From assembly GCA_050245995.1 (NCBI GenBank), contig JBFWWV010000001.1, positions 175,437 to 239,436 on the forward strand: a stretch of 64,000 nt of DNA. Reading direction: 5' to 3'. Position 1 is the first letter of the stretch; each line of letters opens with the position of its first letter. This DNA comes from Planctomycetota bacterium. GTDB lineage: Bacteria; Planctomycetota; UBA1135; UBA2386. Below are positions 17,898 through 30,191 of the stretch, piece by piece. The translations under genes were made by a program, and so were the position numbers. The notes under the pieces were generated by a model, which made no database searches, had not been told where the DNA came from, and saw nothing but the letters and a program-made list of their open reading frames with translations.

Positions 17898-19694
17898 TCA
17901 GCTGCCGAGCACGGCGTCGATCGCGTTCATGATGACGGTCTGGCCGCCGCCGACGTTGTCGAAGCGGACCGCCTGCAGGAACAGCGGCACGCCCTGGTAG
18001 AACGGCACGTTCGGCACCGCCAGGTTGTAGAGGCCGCCGCCCGAATAGGTGGTCGCCCCGGTCGGGTCGATCAGCACCTCGCCGCCGAGGAACGGCACCG
18101 GGCCGAACGGCGCCACGCCGATGACCATCAGGGTCAGGATGGTGTTGGGGTTCGGCGAGGTGGTCAGCTGCCAGTTGCCGCCCAGCACCGGGGCGGTCGT
18201 GCACTCGAAGCCGAGGGTGTTGATGCCGTTGCCGTTGCGGATCACGCAGGTGGCGGCGCCGGGGGTGACGCGGAACACGCCCTGGTGCTGCGCCGCGCCG
18301 AGGCCGTTGCGCAGGGTGGCCGTGAACAGCACGTCGCCGTTCGCCAGGACCAGCACGTCGTCGTTGCCGAACGTGTTGAAGAACAGGTCGTCGTCGTAGG
18401 CGCCGTTGCCGTCGAGGTCGACCGGGTCGCCCTCGCGGGCGACGACCTGGCGGTTGCCGACGCCGTCGTCGAGGACGATCACGCCGTCGCGGCTGTCGTC
18501 GGCGTTGTCGGTGACGCCGCCGACGACCCACGCGCCGGAGCCGTTGCCGTCCATCGCGAAGAAGCACGCGGCGAAACCGGTGTCCTCCCAGTGCTCGCCC
18601 GATCCGGGGACGATCTCGTCCAGCCCGTTGGAGAACGCGATGACGACGCCGTTGCGCACGACCCAGTCCTGCTCGGTGACGTCGTTGTTGCCGCGGGCGT
18701 ACCAGTTGCCGCCGTTGTCCAGCCAGCAGAACTCGATGCCGTTGAGGTCGATCGGCTCGGCGAACGGACCGCCGGGGATCGGCTGGTTCTCCTGCAGCAG
18801 GATGACGTTGTTGATCGCCAGGATGTCGTCGTCGGACGTCGTCGGGCCGTCCATGTCGCCCTGCACCAGCCACGTCAGGCCGTCGGCCGAGACGTAGGTG
18901 TCGTTGATGTCGAAGTTCTCCCAGAGGTTGGTGGTGCCGCCGGCCTGCAGCAGCGGGACGTCGACGGCCTCGCGCAGGAAGGCGCCGCCGGGCAGCAGCA
19001 GGATCTCGTCGCTGGTCGTCACCGGGAACGGCGTCCCGTCGCAGCCGTCGGCGCGGAAGATCGGGTCGCCGGCGGTGGTGAGCCGGCAGCAGTCCAGGGA
19101 GTCGTCCCAGGTGCCGCCGGCCAGCGCCGGGATCACGGCGTCCATCAGGCCGCCTTCCTGGGCGATGCTCGACCAGGTGCCGGAGGTGTTGTCGTAGAAG
19201 GCGATCCAGTCGTCGGAGGTCGTCGCGGCCGTGCCGTTCAGGTTGTTGCCGATCAGCAGGTTGCCGGCGTTGTTGAGGCCGTAGTCGTCGTCGACCGTGC
19301 CCCAGAGTTCGCCGGCCGGGGCGAACGGTGCCTGCGTGCCCTCCTGCAGGACGAGCGCGCCGTCGAGCAGCAGGATGTTGTCATTGGTCGTGGAGCCGGT
19401 GTCGGCGTCGGCCTCGATCGCGAAGTGCGTCTCGTCGGGCGACAGGTACGGCTTGATGAACGCGGTCGTCGAGGCACCGCCGGCAGAGAAGGCGACGCCC
19501 AGGCCCGGAACCAGGTTGGTCGGGTGACCGGGGGCGTTGCACAGGACGATCTGCACGTTGCCGCCGGGGATCACCCGCAGCTGCGAAGTGGTGAAGACCT
19601 TGGGCGGCGTACACTCGTCCTGGGCCAGCGCGACAGCTGTGGACGCAGCGAAGGTGAGCAGGGCGCCGATGGCGCGGGGAAGCGGACTCGTCAT
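17898..19694 (-). CDS. Secreted repeat protein, paralog A (NxxGxxxF-type repeats, conserved C-terminal ~125 aa domain)
   Basis: ORF 17898..19802; start moved to ATG 19694 (MTSPLPRAIGALLTFAASTAVALAQ signal peptide). Repeated motifs LNNAGNLLIGNN, CWLDNGGNWYARGNN, FAMDGNGSGAWV, LANGDVLFTATLRNG. Paralogous to 19916..21709. Confidence 0.75.
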   Translation of the reverse strand: MTSPLPRAIGALLTFAASTAVALAQDECTPPKVFTTSQLRVIPGGNVQIVLCNAPGHPTNLVPGLGVAFSAGGASTTAFIKPYLSPDETHFAIEADADTGSTTNDNILLLDGALVLQEGTQAPFAPAGELWGTVDDDYGLNNAGNLLIGNNLNGTAATTSDDWIAFYDNTSGTWSSIAQEGGLMDAVIPALAGGTWDDSLDCCRLTTAGDPIFRADGCDGTPFPVTTSDEILLLPGGAFLREAVDVPLLQAGGTTNLWENFDINDTYVSADGLTWLVQGDMDGPTTSDDDILAINNVILLQENQPIPGGPFAEPIDLNGIEFCWLDNGGNWYARGNNDVTEQDWVVRNGVVIAFSNGLDEIVPGSGEHWEDTGFAACFFAMDGNGSGAWVVGGVTDNADDSRDGVIVLDDGVGNRQVVAREGDPVDLDGNGAYDDDLFFNTFGNDDVLVLANGDVLFTATLRNGLGAAQHQGVFRVTPGAATCVIRNGNGINTLGFECTTAPVLGGNWQLTTSPNPNTILTLMVIGVAPFGPVPFLGGEVLIDPTGATTYSGGGLYNLAVPNVPFYQGVPLFLQAVRFDNVGGGQTVIMNAIDAVLGS

Positions 19695-19871
19695 GGAATG
19701 GGTCTCTCGGGTCGGAAAAGGGTTGGAGAGGCCCGAGACCTTAAGCACTGGCCGGGAGCAGGTGGGCGCATACAGGCCGCCCTGGTCCTGTTTTTTTGCC
19801 ATTGCGGTGACGAGGAAGAAACGGGTCTCCTAAGCCTCGATGCCAAGGGACCTTGCTCGACCGCTGGGGCG

Positions 19872-19900
19872 CGCGCGGCGCCGTATGCCGGCGCCGCGCG
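19872..19900 (-). terminator. Perfect 12-bp GC hairpin just downstream of paralog B stop
   Basis: cgcgcggcgccg-tatgc-cggcgccgcgcg. No T-run. Confidence 0.35.
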
Positions 19901-19915
19901 GCGGGCAGGCCCGGC

Positions 19916-21709
19916 TCAGTTGCCGAGGACGGCGTCGATCGCGTTCATGATGACGGTCTGGCCGCCACCGACGTTGTCGAAGCGCACCGCCTGCAGGAAC
20001 AGCGGGACGCCCTGGTAGAACGGCAGCGGCGGCACCGCCAGGTTGTAGGTGCCCGGGCCCGAGAAGGTGATCGCCCCGGTCGGGTCGATCAGCACCTCGC
20101 CGCCGAGGAACGGCACCGGGCCGAACGGCGCGACACCGACGACCATCAGGGTCAGCACGGTGTTGACGTTGGGCGAGGTGGTCAGCTGCCAGTTGCCGCC
20201 GACGACCGGCGCCGTGGTGCACTCGAAGCCGAGGGTGTTGATGCCGTTGCCGTTGCGGATCACGCAGCTGGCGGCACCCGGCGTGACGCGGAACACGCCC
20301 TGGTCGGTCGCGGCGCCGGCGCCGTTGCGCAGCGTCGCGGTGAACAGCACGTCGCCGTTCTCGAGCAGCAGCACGTCGTCGTTGCCGAACGTGTTGAGGA
20401 AGCGGTCCTCGTCGTACTGGCCGTTGCCGTCGACGTCGACCGGCGTGCCTTCGCGCACGACGACCTGGCGGTTGCCGAAGCCGTCGTCGAGGACGATCAC
20501 GCCGTCGCGGGTGTCGTCGACGTGGTCGGTGACGCCGGCGATCAAGAACGCGCCGCTCGAGTTGCCGTCCATGGCGAAGAAGCAGTCGCCGAAGCCGGTG
20601 TCGTCCCAGTGCTCACCGGAGCCGGTGACGATCTCGTTCAGGCCGTTGGAGAACGCCACGACGACGCCGTTGCGCACGACCCAGTCCTGCTCGGTGACGT
20701 CGTTGTTGCCGCGGGCGTACCAGTTGCCGCCGGCGTCCAGCCACGACTTGACGATGCCGGTCAGGTCGATCGGCTCGACGAACGGGCCGCCGGGGATCAC
20801 CTGGTTCTCCTGCAGGACCACCACGTTGTTGATGGTGACGACGTTGTCGTCGGTGGTGGCGGCGATGGTGTCACCCTGGATCAGCCAGGTGAGCCCGTCG
20901 CCCGACACGAACATGTCCTCGACGCCGAAGTTCTCCCAGGTGGCGGTCGCGCCGCCGGCCTGCAGCAGCGGGAAGTCGATGCCCTCCTGCAGGAACGCGC
21001 CGTTCGGCAGCATCACCACCTCGTCGGTGGTGGTGGTGAACGGGAGGCCGTCGAGCAGGTCCGAGCGCCAGGTGGCGACGCCGCCGTTGGTCAGGCGGCA
21101 GGTGTCCATGCCGTCATCCCAGGTGCCGCCCGCCAGCGCGGGGATCACCGGGTCGATCAGGCCGCCCTCCTGCGCCAGGGCGGTCCAGGTGCCCAGCGCG
21201 TTGTTGTAGAGCACCACGTAGTCGTCGGCGGTGGTGGCGGCGGTGCCGTTGGTGTTGTTGCCGATCAGCAGGTCGCCGGCGTTGTTCAGGCCGTACTCGT
21301 CGTCGATCGTGCCCCAGATCTCACCGACGGGCGCGAACGGCGCCGGGGCGCCTTCCTGGACCAGCAGCGCGCCGTCGAGCAGCAGCACGTTGTCGTCGGC
21401 GGTCGACGCCGAGTTGGTCTCGCACTCGAGCGCGAAGTGCAGGCCGTCCGGCGACACGATCGGGCGCACGAAGTTGGTGGTGCCGCTGCCCGGGTTGAAC
21501 GGGATGCCGAGGCCGGGGACGAGGTTGGTCGGCGCGCCGGGGAAGTTGACGTAGACGACGTTGATGTTGCCGCCGGGGATCACGCGCAGCTGCGCGCCCG
21601 TCATCTTCGGCGGGTCGCACCCGTCCTGGGCGAGGGCTGAGGGAGCGAGCGCGAAGAGCGCCAGCATGGCGGAGCGCGCAGGGCCGCGCGAAGCATTGCG
21701 AATGGACAT
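19916..21709 (-). CDS. Secreted repeat protein, paralog B
   Basis: ORF 19916..21709. Signal peptide MSIRNASRGPARSAMLALFALAPSALAQ, then QDGCDPPK (A has QDECTPPK). Colinear with paralog A throughout. The C-terminal ~125 aa are nearly identical. Confidence 0.75.
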   Translation of the reverse strand: MSIRNASRGPARSAMLALFALAPSALAQDGCDPPKMTGAQLRVIPGGNINVVYVNFPGAPTNLVPGLGIPFNPGSGTTNFVRPIVSPDGLHFALECETNSASTADDNVLLLDGALLVQEGAPAPFAPVGEIWGTIDDEYGLNNAGDLLIGNNTNGTAATTADDYVVLYNNALGTWTALAQEGGLIDPVIPALAGGTWDDGMDTCRLTNGGVATWRSDLLDGLPFTTTTDEVVMLPNGAFLQEGIDFPLLQAGGATATWENFGVEDMFVSGDGLTWLIQGDTIAATTDDNVVTINNVVVLQENQVIPGGPFVEPIDLTGIVKSWLDAGGNWYARGNNDVTEQDWVVRNGVVVAFSNGLNEIVTGSGEHWDDTGFGDCFFAMDGNSSGAFLIAGVTDHVDDTRDGVIVLDDGFGNRQVVVREGTPVDVDGNGQYDEDRFLNTFGNDDVLLLENGDVLFTATLRNGAGAATDQGVFRVTPGAASCVIRNGNGINTLGFECTTAPVVGGNWQLTTSPNVNTVLTLMVVGVAPFGPVPFLGGEVLIDPTGAITFSGPGTYNLAVPPLPFYQGVPLFLQAVRFDNVGGGQTVIMNAIDAVLGN

Positions 21710-21859
21710 GGAATCTCCGTTCGAAGTTGGGAAAGCGCGAAGACTCTAGCGAGCCGTTGGGGGCCGCCTAGGGGGGTGCAGCGGCGGAATGACGCCCGAT
21801 ACCGGTTCCTTGCAAGGCGCCCTTCCCTGGCTGCCGGTCGGCGGCTGCAGCGGCGTGGC

Positions 21860-23086
21860 TCAGCCGAATGACGCTGCGCAGTACGTGACGGCCTGGTGAC
21901 CGTCGTCGGCAGCTGCCTGCCCGTAGTGCAGCAGCGTCGCCGAGCCGCCCGCGAGCGCCGCGACCAGGGTGATCGCCGCGGCCGAACACACGCGGTCGGC
22001 GTTGCCGCAGCCCTCGGTCTCGCGGTGGAACGCGCCCGGCCGGCCGACCTCGAGGTGGCGGAGTCGGGAGCGGTCCCGAAGTCCGAGCTGCTGCAGCGCC
22101 GCGCCGCCGACCGGCTCGGGGTCTCCGAACATCGGGCCCACGTGCGCGAGGTCGGCGCCGGCCAGCCAGCACACCGTGCCGCCGCTCGCAGCGGCCGCGT
22201 CGCGGAAGGCGGCGAGGGTGCGCCCGAACCACGGCTCCGCGGTCGGGTCGCCGGCGGTCGACGGCAGCGCCCCGCACAGGAACCCGGCGATCCGCGGCGG
22301 CGGCAGTCCGCGCCGTTCGGCCAGGTGCTGCAGCAGCACGACCTGGAGCTCCAGCGAGTGCTCGGCGCGGTGCTGCAGCAGGTCGTCGGGCGACGGGGCG
22401 CCGAGCCGGTCGTGCACCCGGGCGAGGAACGCGCGGTCGGTCGTCGCCGTGCCCAGCGGCGTGGCCCAGTCGAGCGCGAGGCCGGTGACGGCGTCGGCGG
22501 GGCCCTGGTGGCCGGTCCCGAACACGACGTAGAGGTCGGCGGGGGGCGCCTGCAGCAGCCGGCCATAGGCCGCCGCATAGCCCGGGCCGCCGCGGCCGTA
22601 GTCGATGTGCGGCGCGATCAGGCCGCGCGGCGCCGCCGCGGCGTCGGGCGACGGATCGGGCACCATCGCCCGCAGCGCCGCGCGCAGCGGCGTCGGCCCG
22701 GCCGGGTAGCCGGCCGAGCCGTGGTGCCGGCTCGGCCGCGTCGGCTGGCCCAGGAATGCGGCCACCGCGCGGTCGCGCGCCGCCACGAACCGGGGCGACG
22801 CCAGCAGCAGACGCCGGTCGAGGTCGGCGGCGATCGCCGCGACCGCGCCGGCGTCGATCGGCCGCCGCAGGTCGCGCGTCGCCAGAGCGGCGATCTCGGC
22901 CGCCGTGTGGTCGCCGTCCATGCGCGTCAGCACGGGCAGCAGGGCGCGGGGCACGAACACCGGCTCGCACAGCTCGAGCGGGCAGCTCAGGGCGAGGCCG
23001 GGGCGACCGTCGCTGGTGACGCGCTCGGCCCGCAGCGAGCGCAGGCGCGGGCGCCCGGCGGGATCGTCGAGTTCGGCGCCGTCCAT
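21860..23086 (-). CDS. Memo-family (AmmeMemoRadiSam system protein B-like) protein with ~130-aa N-terminal extension
   Basis: APHIDYGRGGPGYAAAY, VVFGTGH, HRAEHSLELQVVLLQH, LAGADLAHVG are Memo/extradiol-like motifs. N-terminal LELCEPVFVPRALLPVLTRMDGDHTAAEIAALATRDL...AIAADLDRRLLL looks PqqD/RRE-like. Confidence 0.78.
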   Translation of the reverse strand: MDGAELDDPAGRPRLRSLRAERVTSDGRPGLALSCPLELCEPVFVPRALLPVLTRMDGDHTAAEIAALATRDLRRPIDAGAVAAIAADLDRRLLLASPRFVAARDRAVAAFLGQPTRPSRHHGSAGYPAGPTPLRAALRAMVPDPSPDAAAAPRGLIAPHIDYGRGGPGYAAAYGRLLQAPPADLYVVFGTGHQGPADAVTGLALDWATPLGTATTDRAFLARVHDRLGAPSPDDLLQHRAEHSLELQVVLLQHLAERRGLPPPRIAGFLCGALPSTAGDPTAEPWFGRTLAAFRDAAAASGGTVCWLAGADLAHVGPMFGDPEPVGGAALQQLGLRDRSRLRHLEVGRPGAFHRETEGCGNADRVCSAAAITLVAALAGGSATLLHYGQAAADDGHQAVTYCAASFG

Positions 23087-23181
23087 GCCCGGGGTAGGAT
23101 ATCCGATGCGCCGTCGCGCCAGGCGGGACCGTGCGTTACGAAGCAGATCGCGCCCGCTAGAGAGGCCGGCGCCCCGAGAGC

Positions 23182-25199
<2,018 letters not shown>

Positions 25200-25203
<4 letters not shown>

Positions 25204-28200
25204 GCTTCGCGCAGCCGTTCCAGGACTACGAGATCCTCGACCGGGTCGGCGCCGGCGCGATGGGCACCGTGTTCAAGGCGCGGCACAAGAAGCTCGGGCG
25301 CATCGTCGCGCTGAAGGTCCTGCGGCCGTCGTTGGCGCGGGACGTGCGCTACGTCGACCGGCTGCGCCGCGAGGCGCGGATCGTCGCGGCGCTCAACCAC
25401 CCGAACATCGTCACCGGCTACGACATCGGCGAGGAGGGCGGCTACCACTACTTCGTGATGGAGTTCGTCGAGGGCAAGTCGCTGCGCGGCCTGCTGTCGG
25501 AGTGGGGGATCTTCCCCGAGGACCAGGTGCTGAAGGTCGGTCAGCAGGTCGCGGCCGCCCTGGACCACGCGTTCCAGCGCAACGTCATCCACCGCGACAT
25601 CAAGCCCGGCAACATCCTCATCGACGAGGCCGGCACGGTGAAGCTGACCGACATGGGCCTCGCCAAGGGGCCCGCCGACCTGACGCTCACGCGCGACGGC
25701 GCCACCGTCGGCACGCCGCAGTACATCTCGCCGGAGCAGGCCCGCAACCCGCAGGACGTCGACGTGCGCAGCGACCTGTACTCGCTGGGCGCGACGCTGT
25801 ACCACATGGCCACCGGCCAGCCGCCGTTCCGCGGCGAGACGATGGCCGAGGTCATCACGCAGGTGCTGCACGAGGTGCCGATCGCGCCGCGGGTGATCAA
25901 CCGGCACATCAGCGAGGGCATGGCCCTGGTGATCCGCAAGCTGCTCGCCAAGAACCTGCGGCTGCGGTACCAGACCCCGCGCGAGCTGCTCGACGACCTC
26001 GAGCGCGTCGGCAACGAGCAGCCGCCGCAGGTCGACGAGAGCCGGCTCAGCGCCGGAGAGGTCGACCGGCCGGCGAACGTCTGGCTGTGGTCGCTGGGCA
26101 TCGTCGCCGGCGCCGCGCTGCTGGCCGCGGCGGTCTGGCTGGGCATGCAGATCGGCACCGGCGACCCCGCTCGGGAATCGCCCGACCGCTGGGTGCAGCA
26201 GTTGCGCGAGGATCTGCAGTCGATGCCGCCGGCGATGCGCATGGCGCGCCTGCGGGTCGAACAGGCCCAGGCGCCGACCGGCACCGCGCAGGCGCTGGAG
26301 CTGCTGCAGCGCGAGGTCATCGGCGAGATGCAGCTGTCGGTGGACCAGCTCACGCAGCAGCTGCGCGGCGACCTGTGGCCGGCGGTGGCGCAGTTCACCC
26401 GCGACCCGCAGCGCTGGCCGGACGTGCGCGAGGTCGTCGCCGAGCACGTCACGCGCCGGCTGCTGCTGGCCACCGGCCTCCTGCGCGAGCAGCTCCCGGC
26501 CGGCGTGCACGTCCAGGGGCTCGACCGCCTGGTCGCCGACATCGAGCGGCTGGTCGCCGAGCGCAACCGAGGCCTGGAGGAGCGCGCCGCGGTGCACTTC
26601 GAGGTGGCGCTGCCGGCGCGCGCCGAGGAGCGGCTGCGGCAGGGCGACTTCGCCGGCGCCGAGCGGGTGTGGCGCGAGGGCTACGCCGGCTTCTTCGACG
26701 GGCTGCGGCAGCCGCTGCCCGAGCGCGTCGAGCCGGCAGTGCGCGCCGCCGCGGAGGAGCGCTACGTGCGGGCGCGCGACGCGGGCCTCGCCGACATCGA
26801 CGCCGCCGAGGCGCGGGTCGCGGCGGCGCTGCTGCGCGAGAGTGACGAGGGGATCGCGGCGCTGCGGCTGCTGCTCGAAGGCGGGACGGCGCCGGCGGAG
26901 GTGCGCGCGCGCACGGCGCGGCTGCGCGACCAGCTGGGGCAGGCATACCCGTCGAGCGGCAGGTTCCGGTCGGCGGCCGACCCCTGGCCCGGCGTGGCGG
27001 CCCGGTTCGACGCGCTGGCGCACGAGCTGCAGGTGCGCGAACTGCAGTGGCAGCAACGGGCCGGCGACGCCGCGATCGACCTGGCGTGGCGCGCGTTCTG
27101 TGACGGCTCCGCCGACGCGGCGCTCGGCGTGCTGGGCGCGCCGCAGCGCGATCCCGACTCGCTCGCGCCGCTGCTGGCGCGGCACCGTCAGACGCTGCAG
27201 TCGGCGCGCCTGGTGGGCGACGCCGTGGTCCGGGCGCTGCAGAACGCGCCGCCGCCGATCCCGGCCTGGCCGCGCAACGGCGGCGTGCCGGTGGAGCTGC
27301 GGGCCGACGCCGGCCAGGAGCCCAGGCTGCAGGCGCAGGTCGCCGGCGGCAGCTGGCGCACGGCGCGCATCACCGAGTTCCGCTTCGAGGACCTGTGGCA
27401 GCGGGCGCGGGCCGCGACCCCGGACGCGTTCTCGGCGCTGCCCGCCGAGGACCTGCAGCGCGGACGCGCGGTGCTGGCGATGGCGTGCGACGAGCTGTCG
27501 CTGCTGACCGAGAGCATGGCCACCGACGACCGCGACTTCCTGCGCGACGAGGTCTGGCCGCGGCTGCTGCGCGTGCGCGGCGAGCGGGTCGGCACCGGGG
27601 TCGACCGGGCGCTGGCGCTGCGCCGCCTGCGCGAGGCGTTCGAGCGCGCGCGCGCCCAGGACCAGACCCGCGAGCTCGAGTCGGCGCTCGCGACCTGGCG
27701 CGCCGGGTTCGCCGCCGAGGCGTCGCTGCCGGAGACCCAGCTCGCGACCGAGGCCGGGCGCTGGCTCACGCGCGAGAAGGCGCGGCAGGTCCGCCTGCAG
27801 GAGCTGCAGCGGCAGGTGCCCGAGGACGCCCGCGTGGTCCTGCACGACGACGGCACCGAGCTGCTAGCCGAGGTCACGTTGCCGCCGTCGGCGCTGCGCG
27901 GCGCCGGCGAGGGTTGGCAGCTGCGCGGCGGCCGGCTGGAGTTCGCCTGCACGGCGCCGGTGCTGGCCGACGTCGACCGGCGGCGGCTCGAGGTCGACGC
28001 CGGCCTCGCGACCGCGTCGCGGCAGGTCGCCGCAGAGGTCGACCTGGCGATGCCGATCGCCACACACGGCGAGCGCGTCTACGTGCTCGAGTTCCGCGGC
28101 GTCGCCTGCGCGGTGGTGGCCAGCGCCGATGACCGCGTGTACGCGGCGATGGTGCAGGGCGAGTCGCTGCGCACCCAGTCGGTGCAGGCGGCGTTGCGGC

Positions 28201-28451
28201 GCGCGCTGGTCGCCCGGCTGGACCCGCGGCATCGGGCCCCGCTGCTGCTGCCCGGCGCGATCCATCGGCTGGCGCTGGTGGTCGACGTGCCGCCGCAGCG
28301 GCGCTCGGGCACGGCGCGGGTCATGCTCGACGGCGAGGTGCTGTGCCAGGAGCTGGTGCAGATCGAGCCGTCGCGGCTGCCGACGATGGTGCTCTACCCG
28401 CTGCAGGACGTGACCATCGATCGCGTGCGGCTGCGCGCGATCGAGCTCTGA
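25200..28451 (+). CDS. Ser/Thr protein kinase, single TM, ~730-aa extracytoplasmic Ala/Arg/Leu-rich domain
   Basis: In frame within ORF 22905..28451. ATG 25200 overlaps the activator stop (ATGA). VGAGAMGTVFKA, VALKVL, HRDIKPGNIL, LTDMGLAK, GTPQYISPEQ. TM VWLWSLGIVAGAALLAAAVWLGM. Confidence 0.9.
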
Positions 28452-28452
28452 C

Positions 28453-29703
28453 TCACTTGGGCGGCGCCGCCAGCGCCTGCTGCGCCCGGGCCCAGCGCTC
28501 GGCCGCCGCTGCGGCCAGGTCGCGGCCGGCGGTGCGCAGCTCGTCGAGCATCTCGAGCGGCAGCTGCCGCAGCATCATCCGGGCGCCGGCGCGGTGCGCC
28601 AGCTGCCAATGGCCGACGCGGGCGAAGTCCTCCGCCAGCAGGTCGTCGACCGCAGGATCGGTGCGCGCGTACTCGCGCAGCAGCAGCGCGGTGCCGAGCG
28701 AGCCCAGCGGGTCGCCCTGGGTGCGCTGCAGGCGATGACGCAGGCGCAGGTCGGCGACCGCGTCGGGATCGGTGGCGCGCGCGGCGTGCGCCAGGGCCAG
28801 CGCGGACTCGAAGCGACCGGCGGCCAGCTGCGCGAGCGCGTCGTCGCGCAGCGAGTCGCCGGGCGCTGCCGTGGCGCGCTGCTGCGACGCGCGCGCCGCC
28901 AGCGCGGCGAGGCTGCGTTGGCCCTGGTCGGCGGAGCGGCGGCTGGCCGCGCGCAGGCGCGGGACGGCGAGGCGGTCCTGACCGAGCGCGCGGTCGAGCG
29001 CGCCGATCCGGTACTCGAGCTCGGCCAGGTGCGGCGCCTGGGCCAGAGCGGCGCGCAGGGCGTCGCGCGCGATCAGCAGCTCGCCGCGCCGTTCGGCGCC
29101 GAGGCCGGCGTGCACCCAGGCGACGGCGCACCAGGGCGCATGGCGGGCGCAGCATGGGCGCAGCGGCGCCGGCGTGGCCGGGGCGGGCTCGGCGGCGGCG
29201 GCCGTCAGCTCGGTCGCGAACCGGACGGCGTCGGGCAGGTGGCGTTCGAGCGCCGGCTGCTCGCAGCCGTGCGCGCTGCTGCGCACGATGACGCCTTGCC
29301 GATCGCGTTCGACGCGCACCACGAACTCGGCGACCGGCGCGCTCCAGCCGAGCAGTTCGTCGGTCGCGCGCCATTCGACGGCGTCCGGCACCCGGCCGTC
29401 CGCGGCCGGCCGCGCCAGCAGGCGACCGTCGGCGCGCGCGGTCCAGCGGCCGTCGGCGCGCTGCTGGTAGCGGATCTCGAAGCGATGGTCGTCGAGGCGC
29501 GTGGCCGGGGCGCCCGCATGGTACGGCAGCGGGTCGGCGCTCGCGAACTCGACGCGACAGGCGTCGGCGCACAGCCAGGCCACGAACTCCAGCGGCGCCG
29601 GGGCGGTGACCTCGGGCAGCACCCTGGTCACGGCACAGGCAGAACCCAGCCCGCCGACGAGCAGGAGCAGGAGTTGGCAGAGCGGTCGCACGCGTGCGGC
29701 CAC
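28453..29703 (-). CDS. Hypothetical exported protein with TPR-like C-terminal half
   Basis: ORF 28453..29703. N-terminal LCQLLLLLVGGLGSACAV (signal, possible lipobox). Stop lies 1 nt from the convergent kinase stop. No firm domain call. Confidence 0.45.
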   Translation of the reverse strand: MAARVRPLCQLLLLLVGGLGSACAVTRVLPEVTAPAPLEFVAWLCADACRVEFASADPLPYHAGAPATRLDDHRFEIRYQQRADGRWTARADGRLLARPAADGRVPDAVEWRATDELLGWSAPVAEFVVRVERDRQGVIVRSSAHGCEQPALERHLPDAVRFATELTAAAAEPAPATPAPLRPCCARHAPWCAVAWVHAGLGAERRGELLIARDALRAALAQAPHLAELEYRIGALDRALGQDRLAVPRLRAASRRSADQGQRSLAALAARASQQRATAAPGDSLRDDALAQLAAGRFESALALAHAARATDPDAVADLRLRHRLQRTQGDPLGSLGTALLLREYARTDPAVDDLLAEDFARVGHWQLAHRAGARMMLRQLPLEMLDELRTAGRDLAAAAAERWARAQQALAAPPK

Positions 29704-29813
29704 GATCGAACCGGGCCCGGAGTCGCTTGAGTCCCCGCTTGGCGCACGGCGGCGGCGGCGACGGCGGGCGGCCGCACGGCGGCCGGCGCCGCCCGCTGCC
29801 AGCGGCGGCTCGC

Positions 29814-30191
29814 TCAGCCCTCGGCGATCGCGAACGCGACCGCGCTGTGCTCATTGTGGGACAGACTGAGCAGCACGCGGCGGATCCCGAGCGACTCGGC
29901 ACGCCGAGCGGCGCCGCCGTGCAGACGCACCGAGACGGCGCCGTCCGTCGCCCGCACGACCTCGATGTCGCGCGCGGCGACGCCGCTGGCGAAGCCGGTG
30001 CCGAGGCACTTGGCGACGGCCTCCTTGGCGCAGAAGCGCGCCGCGAGCGCCGCGCCGGGCCGCTCGCGCGCCAGCACCAGCCGGCGCTCGTCGTCGCGGC
30101 ACAGGCGCGCCAGCAGGCGGTCGCCGCCGCGCTGCAGCAGCCGCTCGATGCGCCCGATGGCCACCGTGTCGACGCCGATGCCGACGATCAC
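29814..30191 (-). CDS. acpS: Holo-[acyl-carrier-protein] synthase
   Basis: Tail of shadow ORF 29814..32267. GTG 30191 (VIVGIGVDTVAIGRIERLL), ARFCAKEAVAKCLGTG, DIEV, LSLSHNEHSAVAFAI. GTGA overlap with the upstream gene. Confidence 0.85.
   Translation of the reverse strand: MIVGIGVDTVAIGRIERLLQRGGDRLLARLCRDDERRLVLARERPGAALAARFCAKEAVAKCLGTGFASGVAARDIEVVRATDGAVSVRLHGGAARRAESLGIRRVLLSLSHNEHSAVAFAIAEG

Noticed and set aside
13762-18873. 1703-aa ORF in the track, apparently one giant minus-strand gene
   Set aside because: Only the C-terminal 897 aa (from ATG 16455) read like a protein (Tex). The upstream ~800 aa are Arg/Pro/Gly/Ala-rich shadow sequence. They overlap the well-supported plus-strand GT9 gene and, out of frame, the same-strand paralog A gene.
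23087-23181. Sigma-54 promoters (TGGCAC-N5-TTGC) here and upstream of the secretin, TPR/exbB, actin-cluster and small-basic-protein genes
   Set aside because: Only partial matches were found. For example, TGGCAC at about 59364 has no correctly spaced GC, and TTGCA near 53185 has no -24 element. None is convincing without a PWM scan.
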